Below are positions 9,932 to 19,080 of a DNA stretch of 64,000 nucleotides, piece after piece. Made by a program: the position numbers and the translations under genes. The DNA comes from a candidate division WWE3 bacterium. GTDB taxonomy: Bacteria > Patescibacteriota > WWE3 > UBA101185 > UBA10185. A model generated the notes under the pieces. The model searched no databases and was not told the origin of the DNA. It was given only the letters and a program-made list of their open reading frames with translations. Each line of letters starts with the position of its first letter. The first letter of the stretch is position 1. The stretch covers positions 794,919-858,918 of the forward strand of contig WJKK01000001.1 in the NCBI GenBank assembly GCA_014729135.1, in the 5' to 3' direction.

Positions 9932-10555
9932 TTACACCCTCCTGAATTGAAAAAGGACAATCTCTTTTCTACCGGTGTCATATCCTTTAGGAGTATTCAC
10001 GTGGTCTATCGGGATATCCTCTCTAACTTGCCCCACCATACCTAAGTCTTCAAATGCCTCCTCTAAGGCCTCTCCCCCGGAACGAGGATACACAATATAA
10101 GCATAAGTATCCCCCTCTAAATCCCACTTTAAAAGAGCATTTATATTTTGCGCCAAGCGAGCCGGAGTAACTCCTGAAAAAGGAGGATCTACAATAACGG
10201 TATCAAAGGAATATTCATACTCAGGAGTTAAGGAATCCGCATTTTCCTGATGAAGACTGTGAAGACCTCTATAAAGATCATAAGGAACAAAAACATCCTC
10301 CCCAAAAAGTTCTTTAAACCGCGGATCTATGTCAAACAGAGTCACCTCATTCCCCTTGCGCACTGCAGCTTCTGCTACAGTTGGCGTACACAAACAAGCC
10401 GTTCGACCCTCACATAAAGGAACAAGCCTTTCTATGGTATCTTCTGTAAAGAAATATTGCTCTTGACTGGCACGACGCTCCTCCAGCTGAAGTACTTCTG
10501 GTTTCCCGGAGAGGAGAGCAGCTTCTCCTGATACGTGAGATTCATTCTTTTTCAT
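9932..10555 (-). CDS. putative SAM-dependent methyltransferase (DPPF motif, RsmD/N6-MTase-like)
   Basis: VIVDPPFSG matches the (D/N)PP(F/Y) catalytic motif of N6-adenine/N2-guanine methyltransferases; the size (207 aa) fits small rRNA/protein methyltransferases. Its substrate is not known. Confidence 0.5.
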   Translation of the reverse strand: MKKNESHVSGEAALLSGKPEVLQLEERRASQEQYFFTEDTIERLVPLCEGRTACLCTPTVAEAAVRKGNEVTLFDIDPRFKELFGEDVFVPYDLYRGLHSLHQENADSLTPEYEYSFDTVIVDPPFSGVTPARLAQNINALLKWDLEGDTYAYIVYPRSGGEALEEAFEDLGMVGQVREDIPIDHVNTPKGYDTGRKEIVLFQFRRV

Positions 10556-10668
10556 GAGATAACTTTACTATATGGCAGCTAATGGAAAGACGCAAGAGAG
10601 AAACTTAAAACCAATCTCTCAACTTGTATTTATCCAGAAAAACTGCCCGGTATTGCTCAAAACAAATC

Positions 10669-10700
10669 CTTGACACACGAACGCAAATTGATATATAATT
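10669..10700 (+). promoter_or_regulatory. sigma70-like promoter (TTGACA-N16/17-TATATAAT)
   Basis: ttgaca cacgaacgcaaattga tatataat read directly from the sequence; lies upstream of the small plus-strand ORFs. Confidence 0.45.
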
Positions 10701-10867
10701 TCCGCAATGCCCAAGAACAAAATTAAAATTTCACTTAACCAACAGCAAATCCAAAGAATTGCCATCCCCTTTGCACTGCAAAAATCATTTAACATCCTTT
10801 TCATTTCTACCGTAGGAACCACCTTTCTACTATGGGGAGTTGCAGTTTTGCTGGAGGGAAATATCCA

Positions 10868-11056
10868 ATGAGGTATCCGGAACTTGCATTTATGGCTTTT
10901 TCGGCTTTCATTGCTTCTATTGCAACGTTTATAGCAGTGGCCGTTTTAATGGGAAACAAGGATGATGCAAAAGAGGAGTCTAATAAAGCCGAGGCTGAAG
11001 CCGGCAACAAGGGAAGGGATGCGATGCCTTCGGTAAAAAAAGAAAACAAAAAATGA
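10868..11056 (+). CDS. small membrane protein (hypothetical)
   Basis: MRYPELAFMAFSAFIASIATFIAVAVLMG TM helix followed by a K/E-rich tail; GGAGGG lies 11 nt upstream of the ATG. Confidence 0.35.
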   Translation: MRYPELAFMAFSAFIASIATFIAVAVLMGNKDDAKEESNKAEAEAGNKGRDAMPSVKKENKK

Positions 11057-11187
11057 CTGAAATAGCAGCCTCAATTAAAGACAACTTACCTATAATAGCT
11101 CTTTCGGGACTTTCCTGGATTTTTACGCTTTTAACCTTGTGGAATCTTTATGTGTTTTGGCAAGAGAAGCGCAAAAAAGGCGATTAA
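11053..11187 (+). CDS. small membrane protein (44 aa, hypothetical), translationally coupled to the preceding ORF
   Basis: ATGA stop/start overlap; MTEIAASIKDNLPIIALSGLSWIFTLLTLWNLYVFWQEKRKKGD has a single TM helix. Not in the track because it is shorter than 60 aa. Confidence 0.3.
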   Translation: MTEIAASIKDNLPIIALSGLSWIFTLLTLWNLYVFWQEKRKKGD

Positions 11188-12572
11188 AACCGCTTCTTCA
11201 GCTTGTAACCACCTGCCAAATCCTCAATAACAAAACCCCTCTCCTCTATTTGACGGCGAATCAAATCCGCCTTATCCCAAATCCCGTTTTTGCGGTATTC
11301 AGCACGGGTTTTGGCCAAATCCTCTACCTCCTGCGGAACCTCATAGCCAACATAATCCTGGAAATCTAAGCCCAAAACCTGATCAAAATGAATCAAAGTT
11401 TGAACCTTGTCGCCTTCGGGAAGATCGCTCTTTATAAGCTCCCAAACGACTGCAACAGCTTTAGGCATATTTAAATCGTCCAAAATTGCCGCCTCAAACT
11501 TATAAACATAATCCGCAGAAATATCGCCGTCGGTTTCGGTATAACCGCTTAAAATATTATAGAGGCGGTCTAAAGCGGAGTGAGATGCCCCTAAAGCTTC
11601 CCACGTGAAATTAAGCGTGGACCTGTAATGGGCACTTAAATAAAAGTAGCGAAGGTCAAGCGGTTTGAAGTCTTTGGCTTTGATGTCATCTAAGGTGTAA
11701 GCATTACCCAAACTTTTACTCATTTTGCCATTATCAACTTTAAGGAAGGCACCATGCAACCAGTAATTTACAAATTTCTTACCGGTTACTGCCTCACTTT
11801 GTGCTATTTCGTTTTGATGGTGAATCATTTTGAGGTCCTCTCCACCAATGTGGATGTCTACAGTTTCGCCAAGCTCTGCCATACACATAGCGGAACATTC
11901 AAGGTGCCATCCGGGAAAGCCCTTTCCCCAAGGCGAATTCCACTCCTGCCATCTCTTAGAATCTTTAGGGGAAAATTTCCATAATGCAAAGTCTGTTGCA
12001 TGCTTTTTTTCGGGATTTGGCTCTACGCGAGCGCCTTCTTTTACGGTTTCTTCAGTTAATCCTGAAAGCTCGCCATAATTTTCAAATTTGCCTGTATTAA
12101 AGTAAATTCCATCGGAAGTGCGGTAGGTATAGCCTCTTTTTTCAAGTTCTTTTACTAGTTTGACTTGTTCGGCGATATACTCTGTTGCTCTGGTGAATTT
12201 GGTTGGTTTGAGTAAATTTAGTTCTCGAAATCCTTTTTGAAAGTCTTTAATGTAAAAATCGGCTATTTCAGAAGCGCTCTTCCCTTCCCTTTCAGCGGCC
12301 ATTTCCAAACGATCCTCTCCTGTGTCGGCGTCGCCTTCGTTGTCGCCGGTTAAATGGCCAACGTCGGTCAAGTTCATGATGTAGCGAACGTCGTACTTTT
12401 TGTAGCGGAGGGTTCTGTAGAGTATATCGCCAAGTGTGTAGGTACGGTAATTGCCGATGGTGACGTAGTTGTAGACGGTAGGGCCACATGTGTACATGGT
12501 TATGAGATCGGGGTTTTGCGGAATAAATTCTTGAAGTTTTTTGGTGAGTGAGTTGTGAAGTTTTAGTTGCAT
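11184..12572 (-). CDS. cysS: cysteinyl-tRNA synthetase
   Basis: CGPTVYNY, WHLECSAM, DIHIGGEDLKMIHHQNEIAQS and KMSKSLGN motifs. The HIGH position reads TIGN, which is unusual. Confidence 0.9.
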   Translation of the reverse strand: MQLKLHNSLTKKLQEFIPQNPDLITMYTCGPTVYNYVTIGNYRTYTLGDILYRTLRYKKYDVRYIMNLTDVGHLTGDNEGDADTGEDRLEMAAEREGKSASEIADFYIKDFQKGFRELNLLKPTKFTRATEYIAEQVKLVKELEKRGYTYRTSDGIYFNTGKFENYGELSGLTEETVKEGARVEPNPEKKHATDFALWKFSPKDSKRWQEWNSPWGKGFPGWHLECSAMCMAELGETVDIHIGGEDLKMIHHQNEIAQSEAVTGKKFVNYWLHGAFLKVDNGKMSKSLGNAYTLDDIKAKDFKPLDLRYFYLSAHYRSTLNFTWEALGASHSALDRLYNILSGYTETDGDISADYVYKFEAAILDDLNMPKAVAVVWELIKSDLPEGDKVQTLIHFDQVLGLDFQDYVGYEVPQEVEDLAKTRAEYRKNGIWDKADLIRRQIEERGFVIEDLAGGYKLKKRF

Positions 12573-12707
12573 GTTGTGGTTATTTTAGCACAGGAGGATT
12601 GGGACACCTATATTCTATAAGTCTCGTGACATAAAATGTAATGTGAGATACAATATGCACATAGTCAAGGTTGGCTCTTAGATCCTTTGGGATAAGAGGC
12701 TAAACAA

Positions 12708-12739
12708 GAAAAAAGCTCCGTTTTTACGGGGCTTTTTTG
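12708..12739 (-). terminator. rho-independent terminator after recR (bidirectional hairpin)
   Basis: aaaaaagctccg-ttttt-acggggcttttttg. On the minus strand the stem is followed by a T-run; sits between the recR stop and the cysS start. Confidence 0.5.
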
Positions 12740-12762
12740 TTTGGTTTGCTAAAACCCTTGAA

Positions 12763-13392
12763 TTAACGACGAGAATCAAGCGCACGAGAAAGCGTATTAT
12801 CGTCGGCATACTCAATATCCCCTCCCACCGGCAAACCCCTCCCAATTCGCGTAATTCTCACAACACTTTCATCAAAACCCTTCTCACGGATCAAATCCCG
12901 GATGTAATGCGCTGTCGACTCCCCCTCCATTCCGGCGTTTGTTGCCAACACTACCTCCACAAAAGAATCAGGATCATTTTTGACCTCAAAGACAAGCTTT
13001 TCTAAACGCTCCACCAAACTTGCTAAATAAATGTCGTCAGGGCCAATGTAACTTAAGGGATCGATTAGGCCGTGGAGCACATGGTAGACGCCTTTGTAGT
13101 CGGTTCTTTCGAGGGCAACTACGTCTAGAGGGGAGGTGACGACAAGGATTTGGCGATGATTGCGGGAGGTATCGGAGCAGATTTTGCAGGTTTCTTCTTC
13201 GGAGATGTTTTTGCAGGTGCTGCAGAGTTGGGTGCGTTTTTTTAAAGCGCCTACTAGAGAGCCGAATTCTTCTAATTCACGATCAGGAAAGTTGAGCATA
13301 TAAAAAACCAGTCGCTGTGCAGTCTTAGAGCCTACTCCCGGCAAACGTTCGAAGTAGTTTATTAAGTCTGTGATGATGTTTGGAAACGCCAC
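12763..13392 (-). CDS. recR: recombination protein RecR
   Basis: HhH N-terminus, C4 zinc finger (CSTCKNISEEETCKIC) and Toprim domain. Confidence 0.9.
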   Translation of the reverse strand: MAFPNIITDLINYFERLPGVGSKTAQRLVFYMLNFPDRELEEFGSLVGALKKRTQLCSTCKNISEEETCKICSDTSRNHRQILVVTSPLDVVALERTDYKGVYHVLHGLIDPLSYIGPDDIYLASLVERLEKLVFEVKNDPDSFVEVVLATNAGMEGESTAHYIRDLIREKGFDESVVRITRIGRGLPVGGDIEYADDNTLSRALDSRR

Positions 13393-13436
13393 TTATGAAT
13401 TCTACCAAATACTCTTATAAGGAATTAGACTTGATT

Positions 13437-15224
13437 CTACACCCCGGGAAGGCCGCCATCAAAAACCTCCAGTAAAGAACCATCCAAACTCACCTCACTA
13501 CTCTGCATACTTGGGACAACAACATTCAAATCGGTTAACTCCCCCGTCTCACGACCCCTCTTTTTAGGAGAGGCTTTCACAACACACTCCAGGGACAACT
13601 CCATATCAAAAACTTCGGAAAAAACCGTCTCCACAATCCTGCGATTTTTTGTATATTCCAGGCGATCTTTGTGAAAGGCAAACTCCACCTCTAAGACCAC
13701 AGCATCCCCTTTGACTTCCACTGGCTCCGCTGCCTTTAGTAAAGCTCTTACCGAGTGATTATATTTGCGAGAGGATCTTAAAACGTCGTTCCATTTTTTG
13801 GCTATTTCGGAGGCGGTTATGTCAATTGGGGACTTTGTTTCAGCTTTTTTCGGGGAGGGGCCTTCACTCCCATCCGGCATCCTACTGCCATCTGCCATCC
13901 CACTTCCGTTTTCCAGCTCACTTACACCCGTCATCCTACTGGCCTCCGCCATTCCGCCTCCGTCTGTCATCCCGGACTTGCTCCGAGATTCGGGACCCTG
14001 ATTTTCATCAGGATGACAAGGTTTAGAGGCATCGGAAGGGTTTTCCTCCACAGGGGTGGGTTTACTGGAAGATCTCTCCTCCGTAGATGTGGAGATATTA
14101 GTCATACCTTTTCCTAGAAAAGGGACAGGCTTCTTAGAGGACTGTCCTCTTAAAGGACTGTCCCCTCCTCCACAAATCTCGGCAACGGCAAGCTCCAAAG
14201 GCAACGTCGCAATATTAGACTCCGCAATCTCATTGCGCGCCTGCAAAAACTTCCGCGTATAAAACACCAAATCCTCCACCGAAAAGCCGGCAGCCTGCTC
14301 CTCCATTAACGCTGCTACCTCCTCCGTAACGTCCGACAAAACACCCTTGGCCCCCGCCTGCACAAACAAAAGCGACTTCAAATACTCCAAAAGCTGATAA
14401 GACCAAACCTCCATGTCCACACCCGACGCAAACTTCTCCTCCAAAAACTCCAAAGCCGAAGCCGCCTCCCCCGCAACCAAAAACGCAACAAAATCATGAA
14501 ACTCAACATAAGACGAAAAACCAAACAAACTCTCAGGATCCAGACTCCCCTGAATCACCTGCTGCAACATCGTCTCCGCATCTCGATAACCACCAAAAGA
14601 CGCCTGCGCAATCTTCCGCAAAGTCGCTTCCGCCACCTCCTCGCCAACCCCCTCCTCCGAAGCAATCAAACCCAACTTGGCAACCAGCTGCTCCATGGAA
14701 GCGCGCCTAAAATTAAAAACCTGACAGCGCGACTTAATAGTATCCAAAACTTTGTGCGGCTCAGTTGTGCACAAAACAAACAGGGCATGCTCCGGCGGCT
14801 CCTCCAAAGTCTTAAGCAAGGCGTTAAAAGCCTCCTTGGTCAACATGTGAACCTCGTCAATTATATAAACTTTTTTCGTTCCTTGCGAGGGAGCCAGGCC
14901 AATTCGATCACGAAGATTGCGAATGTCATCAATTCCGCGATTACTGGCAGCATCAATTTCTATTAGGTCCAGAAAATTACCTTTTTTAATGGTCTTACAA
15001 TTTGGGCAGGTATCGCAAGGATCACCATTTGGCTGAATGTTTGTGCAGTTTGCAGCCTTAGCCAGTAAACGCGCGGTTGTAGTCTTACCGGTTCCACGAG
15101 GGCCAATGAAAAGGTAGGCGTGCGAAAGGTTCCCATTTTTTACCTGAGTAGCCAGTGCATCTGCAATGGGGTTTGGCTTAACAAGTTCGCTAAATTTTTG
15201 CGGTCGGTATTTTAGATAAAACAT
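13437..15224 (-). CDS. dnaX: DNA polymerase III subunit gamma/tau, with a repeat-laden C-terminal linker
   Basis: AAA+ Walker A FIGPRGTGKTTTARLLAKAANC and zinc module CDTCPNC. The C-terminal region (coding coordinates about 13850-14170) contains low-complexity peptide repeats encoded by three dispersed DNA repeat families. Confidence 0.9.
   Translation of the reverse strand: MFYLKYRPQKFSELVKPNPIADALATQVKNGNLSHAYLFIGPRGTGKTTTARLLAKAANCTNIQPNGDPCDTCPNCKTIKKGNFLDLIEIDAASNRGIDDIRNLRDRIGLAPSQGTKKVYIIDEVHMLTKEAFNALLKTLEEPPEHALFVLCTTEPHKVLDTIKSRCQVFNFRRASMEQLVAKLGLIASEEGVGEEVAEATLRKIAQASFGGYRDAETMLQQVIQGSLDPESLFGFSSYVEFHDFVAFLVAGEAASALEFLEEKFASGVDMEVWSYQLLEYLKSLLFVQAGAKGVLSDVTEEVAALMEEQAAGFSVEDLVFYTRKFLQARNEIAESNIATLPLELAVAEICGGGDSPLRGQSSKKPVPFLGKGMTNISTSTEERSSSKPTPVEENPSDASKPCHPDENQGPESRSKSGMTDGGGMAEASRMTGVSELENGSGMADGSRMPDGSEGPSPKKAETKSPIDITASEIAKKWNDVLRSSRKYNHSVRALLKAAEPVEVKGDAVVLEVEFAFHKDRLEYTKNRRIVETVFSEVFDMELSLECVVKASPKKRGRETGELTDLNVVVPSMQSSEVSLDGSLLEVFDGGLPGV
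14122..14166. repeat. REP palindrome cluster (GGGACAGGC..GGACTGTCC..GGACTGTCCCC) inside the dnaX coding sequence
   Basis: Same GGAC(A/T)GTCC units, 6-7 nt apart, as the RAYT-flanking REPs; translated in frame as GGGDSPLRGQSSKKPVPFLGKG. Confidence 0.8.
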
Positions 15225-15435
15225 AGACAGGTTTTTTTGTTTTTAAGGTGGCGGGTTTTCCCGCGGGATTTTCTTCAGCGCCTTGACGCCTTAGACCCCC
15301 AAAGCTCTGAAGCCCTAAGACTTTAGAGCCGGCAACAACTCCATTATTATTTGTTGCAGTAAAAGGAAAATATCCGAAAAAATTCTCTAATCGTCAATCG
15401 GACACGGCCCACTATAAAATTAGCATCAGGAAAAT

Positions 15436-15936
15436 TTAATATCCACCAATTGGCAGCTGAATATCCTTAATTTCGTCAAGCTCTTGTGGGGAAAAACCGG
15501 AAAGCACCCAATCTTCCGTATCAATTTGTTCATTTTTTGGGCGCCCAACTCCTACGCGAAAACGCCAAAAGTTCTTGGTTTTTAAAGAGACAATTACATC
15601 TTCAACGCCTTTATGACCGGCAGGGCCGACACCTTTCTGCAACTTAGTTTGGGCAAAGGCTAGGTCAACGTCGTCATGAACTAAAAGGATTTTTTCGGAA
15701 GGGATTTTGAAGTAGGCGGATAAGTAGCCTGCCGTAATTCCGGAACGATTCATCATGGTTTGAGGTTTTGCAAGAATTATGTCGTTATATTGTGTCACTT
15801 TTGCCTGAGCTTTTTTGTCGGTTTTCCAGGAAAGATTGTTTTGGGAGGCGTACTCATCTAGAAGAATAAATCCGACGTTATGCCGTGTGTTTTTGTAGGC
15901 TTTTCCTATGTTGCCTAGCCCTATTATTAGTTTCAT
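15436..15936 (-). CDS. pth: peptidyl-tRNA hydrolase
   Basis: MKLIIGLGNIGKAYKNTRHNVGF is the canonical Pth N-terminus; start trimmed to this Met. Confidence 0.85.
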   Translation of the reverse strand: MKLIIGLGNIGKAYKNTRHNVGFILLDEYASQNNLSWKTDKKAQAKVTQYNDIILAKPQTMMNRSGITAGYLSAYFKIPSEKILLVHDDVDLAFAQTKLQKGVGPAGHKGVEDVIVSLKTKNFWRFRVGVGRPKNEQIDTEDWVLSGFSPQELDEIKDIQLPIGGY

Positions 15937-15989
15937 TTTTGTTTTTGCTCCGGCGAACGTCATGGCGAACCCCAATCCGCCGTCAAAAT

Positions 15990-16379
15990 CTAAGCGTTGT
16001 CATCCCCTTCATGATGCACTCCCAATAAATGTAAAACTCCATGCTCCACCAGCTCCGCAATTTCATGCGCCAAATCATTGTTGTAATCTGGAGCTTGAGC
16101 TGCTGCCCTATCCGTTGATACCACAATGTCGCCCAAATGATAAGTTTCATCATCTATTTTTTGGTTAATATTAAAGGAGAGAACGTCGGTTGGAGTGTCA
16201 CGGTTTAAATACTTTTTGTTAAGTTTATGAATCGTTTCATTATCAACCAAAGAAACGGAAATAGTGACCTTTTGAAACTTTGCCAAATCCTTTAGTGGAG
16301 GCATTTCCGCAGCATTCCCCGGAGCACTTTTTGGCAGCTGAGTGGAAATAGAATCCGAAGCTTTACTGACTTTTGACAT
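15990..16379 (-). CDS. ybeY: endoribonuclease YbeY (rRNA maturation factor)
   Basis: TDVLSFN, HLGDIVVS and the H-x3-H-x5-H zinc motif HGVLHLLGVHH. Confidence 0.8.
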   Translation of the reverse strand: MSKVSKASDSISTQLPKSAPGNAAEMPPLKDLAKFQKVTISVSLVDNETIHKLNKKYLNRDTPTDVLSFNINQKIDDETYHLGDIVVSTDRAAAQAPDYNNDLAHEIAELVEHGVLHLLGVHHEGDDNA

Positions 16380-16659
16380 ACTTTAGCAGTTCCGAAAGAA
16401 TTTCAACTTCTCTTTGATCCTTTTCTGCTAAATCGTCTCGGCCGGCATCCTTGTACAACTGAGCCGTTTCCTTGCGCTGTTTAAGCTGCTTCTCAGTTAT
16501 GGCAACAACTTGTTCCTTGGAAATTTTTTCCCCATTAGCCCGCAGCTCAATTTCCTTGTTTTTCACTTGAGAAAGCAAATACCTCAACACGGAAACCTTT
16601 TCCTTGTCCCCTGCTTTTTGAAGCTCAAGAAGTTTCTTTTGAAGTTTTGTTGTGATCAT
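16363..16659 (-). CDS. GatB/YqeY-domain protein
   Basis: 98-aa all-helical K/E-rich protein whose length and pattern resemble the YqeY family. Confidence 0.45.
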   Translation of the reverse strand: MITTKLQKKLLELQKAGDKEKVSVLRYLLSQVKNKEIELRANGEKISKEQVVAITEKQLKQRKETAQLYKDAGRDDLAEKDQREVEILSELLKYVKSQ

Positions 16660-16856
16660 TATCTTCGTCTCCTTCTTTGTTCCAATCTAATTTTACGTTG
16701 TTTTGCTTCGAGTTTTTGTTGTTTTATTTTACTAGCCGATATGTGACGATCTCTTAGACGGGTTTCACTTAAAACCCCCGATTTATTCACTTTATGAATG
16801 AATCTTCGAAGAGTACGCTCAAATGGCTCGTTCTTTCTCGCTTTTACTTTAGGCAC
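16659..16856 (-). CDS. rpsU: 30S ribosomal protein S21
   Basis: MPKVKARKNEPFERTLRRF...KRKIRLEQRRRRR is an S21-like basic protein. Confidence 0.8.
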   Translation of the reverse strand: MPKVKARKNEPFERTLRRFIHKVNKSGVLSETRLRDRHISASKIKQQKLEAKQRKIRLEQRRRRR

Positions 16857-17037
16857 AGGTTAAAAAGCACCTCCAAATCTGATTAAATCATGTACTTTTA
16901 GTTGGCTGTTTTGTAGCTGTTCTGTCGAACTTCTCGCTAGATGTCTAAGTATGCTAATTTACAACAGATGTTCTTGTTGGCCAACTTTAGATAACATTAG
17001 CAGTATATATTTAATGTCGTTATCTTGCAAATTTTTA

Positions 17038-17177
17038 AAGGATAATCCTTGCAAAGGAATACCGAAATACTAACACCACAGGCAAAAGTCTGAAAAATAC
17101 AAGGATAATCCTTCATCAAAACAAGCAGTCTAGTTATAACAAGGGCAATACCCTGAAAACGTAGAAGGATTATCCTT
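17038..17177. promoter_or_regulatory. three copies of a 13-bp palindrome, AAGGAT(A/T)ATCCTT, phased at 63-64 bp upstream of rpsU
   Basis: Copies at 17038-17050, 17101-17113 and 17165-17177, read directly; a perfect dyad suggests operator sites for a dimeric regulator. Confidence 0.4.
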
Positions 17178-17190
17178 AAAACTTGGATGT

Positions 17191-18396
17191 TTAAAAGATG
17201 CGGATGACGTCGCGAACACTAACTAGCAAAAGAAGCGACATCAAAACCAAAATCCCCGCCTTGTGCACAGCAGCCTCCACCTTAGGACTCACCCGCTTAC
17301 CCCTCACAGACTCAATTGCAATAAACAACACCCTTCCTCCATCTAGCGCGGGCAGGGGCAAAACATTTAAAACTGCCAAACTTACAGAGATCAAAGCAGT
17401 CAAATCAATTAAATTCAAAGCAATCTGACCGACACTCCCTTTAGAATAGGAAACAATATTTTCCACCAGCGAATAGATCCCCACGGGACCCGAAACGCTT
17501 TCAGATAAAGGCTCGGCACTCCCCTGCTCCACTGACAACCCAATTAACTTTCCAAAAGCACTTGTTGAATAACCCAAGACATTATAGGCATGCAAGAAAC
17601 CCGACGCTAACTTTTGCGCAGGCTCCTGATAAAAAATCTGAGCAGAACTACCCAAATACACGCCTAAAAGCGGATCGCCTTCTTCATCCAAATAAGGCGT
17701 GATAGTTAAGCTACGCTCCTTTTCAGCTGCCAAATCCAAGACTCGCACAACAACCTCCTTTGTATTCCCCACCTCTTCCGCCTCCAAAGATTCCTCCTCC
17801 ACGGAAAGCTCCATGGAATAAGCCGTTGCAACAGCCTCCCGAATCTCCTCCACAGAATCCACCGGAGTCCCCCAATTAACATCAGAAGCTCCAATAAAAA
17901 CGATAGCCTCCCCCGGCTCCATCTTATCCTTCAAAGGCGACTTCTCATCCAGGCTAAAAACCACAGTATCAACAGTGCGGACCTCTCCAAACTCGAAAGC
18001 ATGATCAAAAATCAGCGGAATGTGAGAGGTTTTAGACCCATTAGCCACCATGAAAACGTAAAACAAAGCAACGCCAAATAAAGTATTCATGACAACCCCT
18101 GCCAACAAAATTGCAGCCCTTTGCAAAGGCGTTTTAGAAATAAAGTTCTGCGGATCTTTCAAGTCTTCCTTGGAATATTCATAGCTATCCTCCCCTTTTA
18201 GACGAACAAACCCACCAAAAGGAAGCAGGTTTAAAGAGTAAATTGTTTCCCCAATTTTTTTGCCGTAAATTCTGGGAGGGATGCCCAGGCCAAATTCTTC
18301 CACAGCTACTCCCATTTTTTTGGCCGTCAAAAAGTGACCCAGTTCGTGAATTAAAACTAAAACTGAAAGTATTAAAATGAAAATTATAAATGACAT
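17191..18396 (-). CDS. rseP: RIP metalloprotease RseP (site-2 protease, M50) with PDZ domain
   Basis: HELGHFLTAKKMGV HExxH motif, PDZ region and C-terminal LDGG-type motif. Confidence 0.85.
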   Translation of the reverse strand: MSFIIFILILSVLVLIHELGHFLTAKKMGVAVEEFGLGIPPRIYGKKIGETIYSLNLLPFGGFVRLKGEDSYEYSKEDLKDPQNFISKTPLQRAAILLAGVVMNTLFGVALFYVFMVANGSKTSHIPLIFDHAFEFGEVRTVDTVVFSLDEKSPLKDKMEPGEAIVFIGASDVNWGTPVDSVEEIREAVATAYSMELSVEEESLEAEEVGNTKEVVVRVLDLAAEKERSLTITPYLDEEGDPLLGVYLGSSAQIFYQEPAQKLASGFLHAYNVLGYSTSAFGKLIGLSVEQGSAEPLSESVSGPVGIYSLVENIVSYSKGSVGQIALNLIDLTALISVSLAVLNVLPLPALDGGRVLFIAIESVRGKRVSPKVEAAVHKAGILVLMSLLLLVSVRDVIRIF

Positions 18397-18465
18397 ATTT
18401 TTGCTTTTTTGCTTCTTGCTTTGGGGCTTGCGGACAGATAAATTCGAACTAAAACCTACAACAGC

Positions 18466-19014
18466 CTAAACCGTCATTATCTCCTTAGTCTTCTTCTCCC
18501 CCAAATCCTCAAGCTTATCGTTATACTCCTTAACAACCTCCTCCACATCTTCCCGCAGCTTAAACTTTTCATCCTCGCCAATCTCCTTATCGGCAAAAAG
18601 CTTGTCAATATCTTTCATAGCCTCCTGACGAATTCGACGGATTTGCTGACGGCTCTCCTCAACTTTTGCAGACACAATTTTTGCAAATTCTTTTCTGCGC
18701 TCTTCCGTTAGGCCGGGGAAAGACAAACGCACACGGTCCCCTTCAACTACAGGTTCCACTTGAACGTCGCTTTCACGAATAGCTTTAGCGATATTTTCAA
18801 TAAGACTTTTGTCCCAGGGAGTTATTACTATTGTAGTGGCATCGGGCATTGTAATGGATCCTACTTCTTGAAGTGACATTTGGGATTCGTAGGCGTTAAC
18901 TCTAACGGGATCTAGCATGGAAGTGTTGGCCCGCCCGGTTCGAATTTGAGTTAACTCTTGTTTTAAGGCATCAACAGCTTTTTGAAGTTGGGTTTTTAGT
19001 TCGTTTTTGTTCAT
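18466..19014 (-). CDS. frr: ribosome recycling factor
   Basis: Full-length Frr-like sequence (MNKNELKT...RIRQEAMKDIDKL). Confidence 0.9.
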   Translation of the reverse strand: MNKNELKTQLQKAVDALKQELTQIRTGRANTSMLDPVRVNAYESQMSLQEVGSITMPDATTIVITPWDKSLIENIAKAIRESDVQVEPVVEGDRVRLSFPGLTEERRKEFAKIVSAKVEESRQQIRRIRQEAMKDIDKLFADKEIGEDEKFKLREDVEEVVKEYNDKLEDLGEKKTKEIMTV

Positions 19015-19080
19015 GTGGTAATTCTAACACATGGAGTTGCTTGTAGACTTTCCTATTTTTATCTTTATTTCTATTTTGAA

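Noticed and set aside
12292-12551. ORFs antisense to or out of frame within cysS (12292..12489, 12354..12551, 11754..12078)
   Set aside because: They are embedded in a well-supported CysRS gene.
17038-17177. Possible mini-CRISPR array (regular repeat-spacer-repeat pattern)
   Set aside because: The repeats are only 13 bp, perfectly palindromic and only three in number, with no cas genes nearby; operator-like sites are more plausible.
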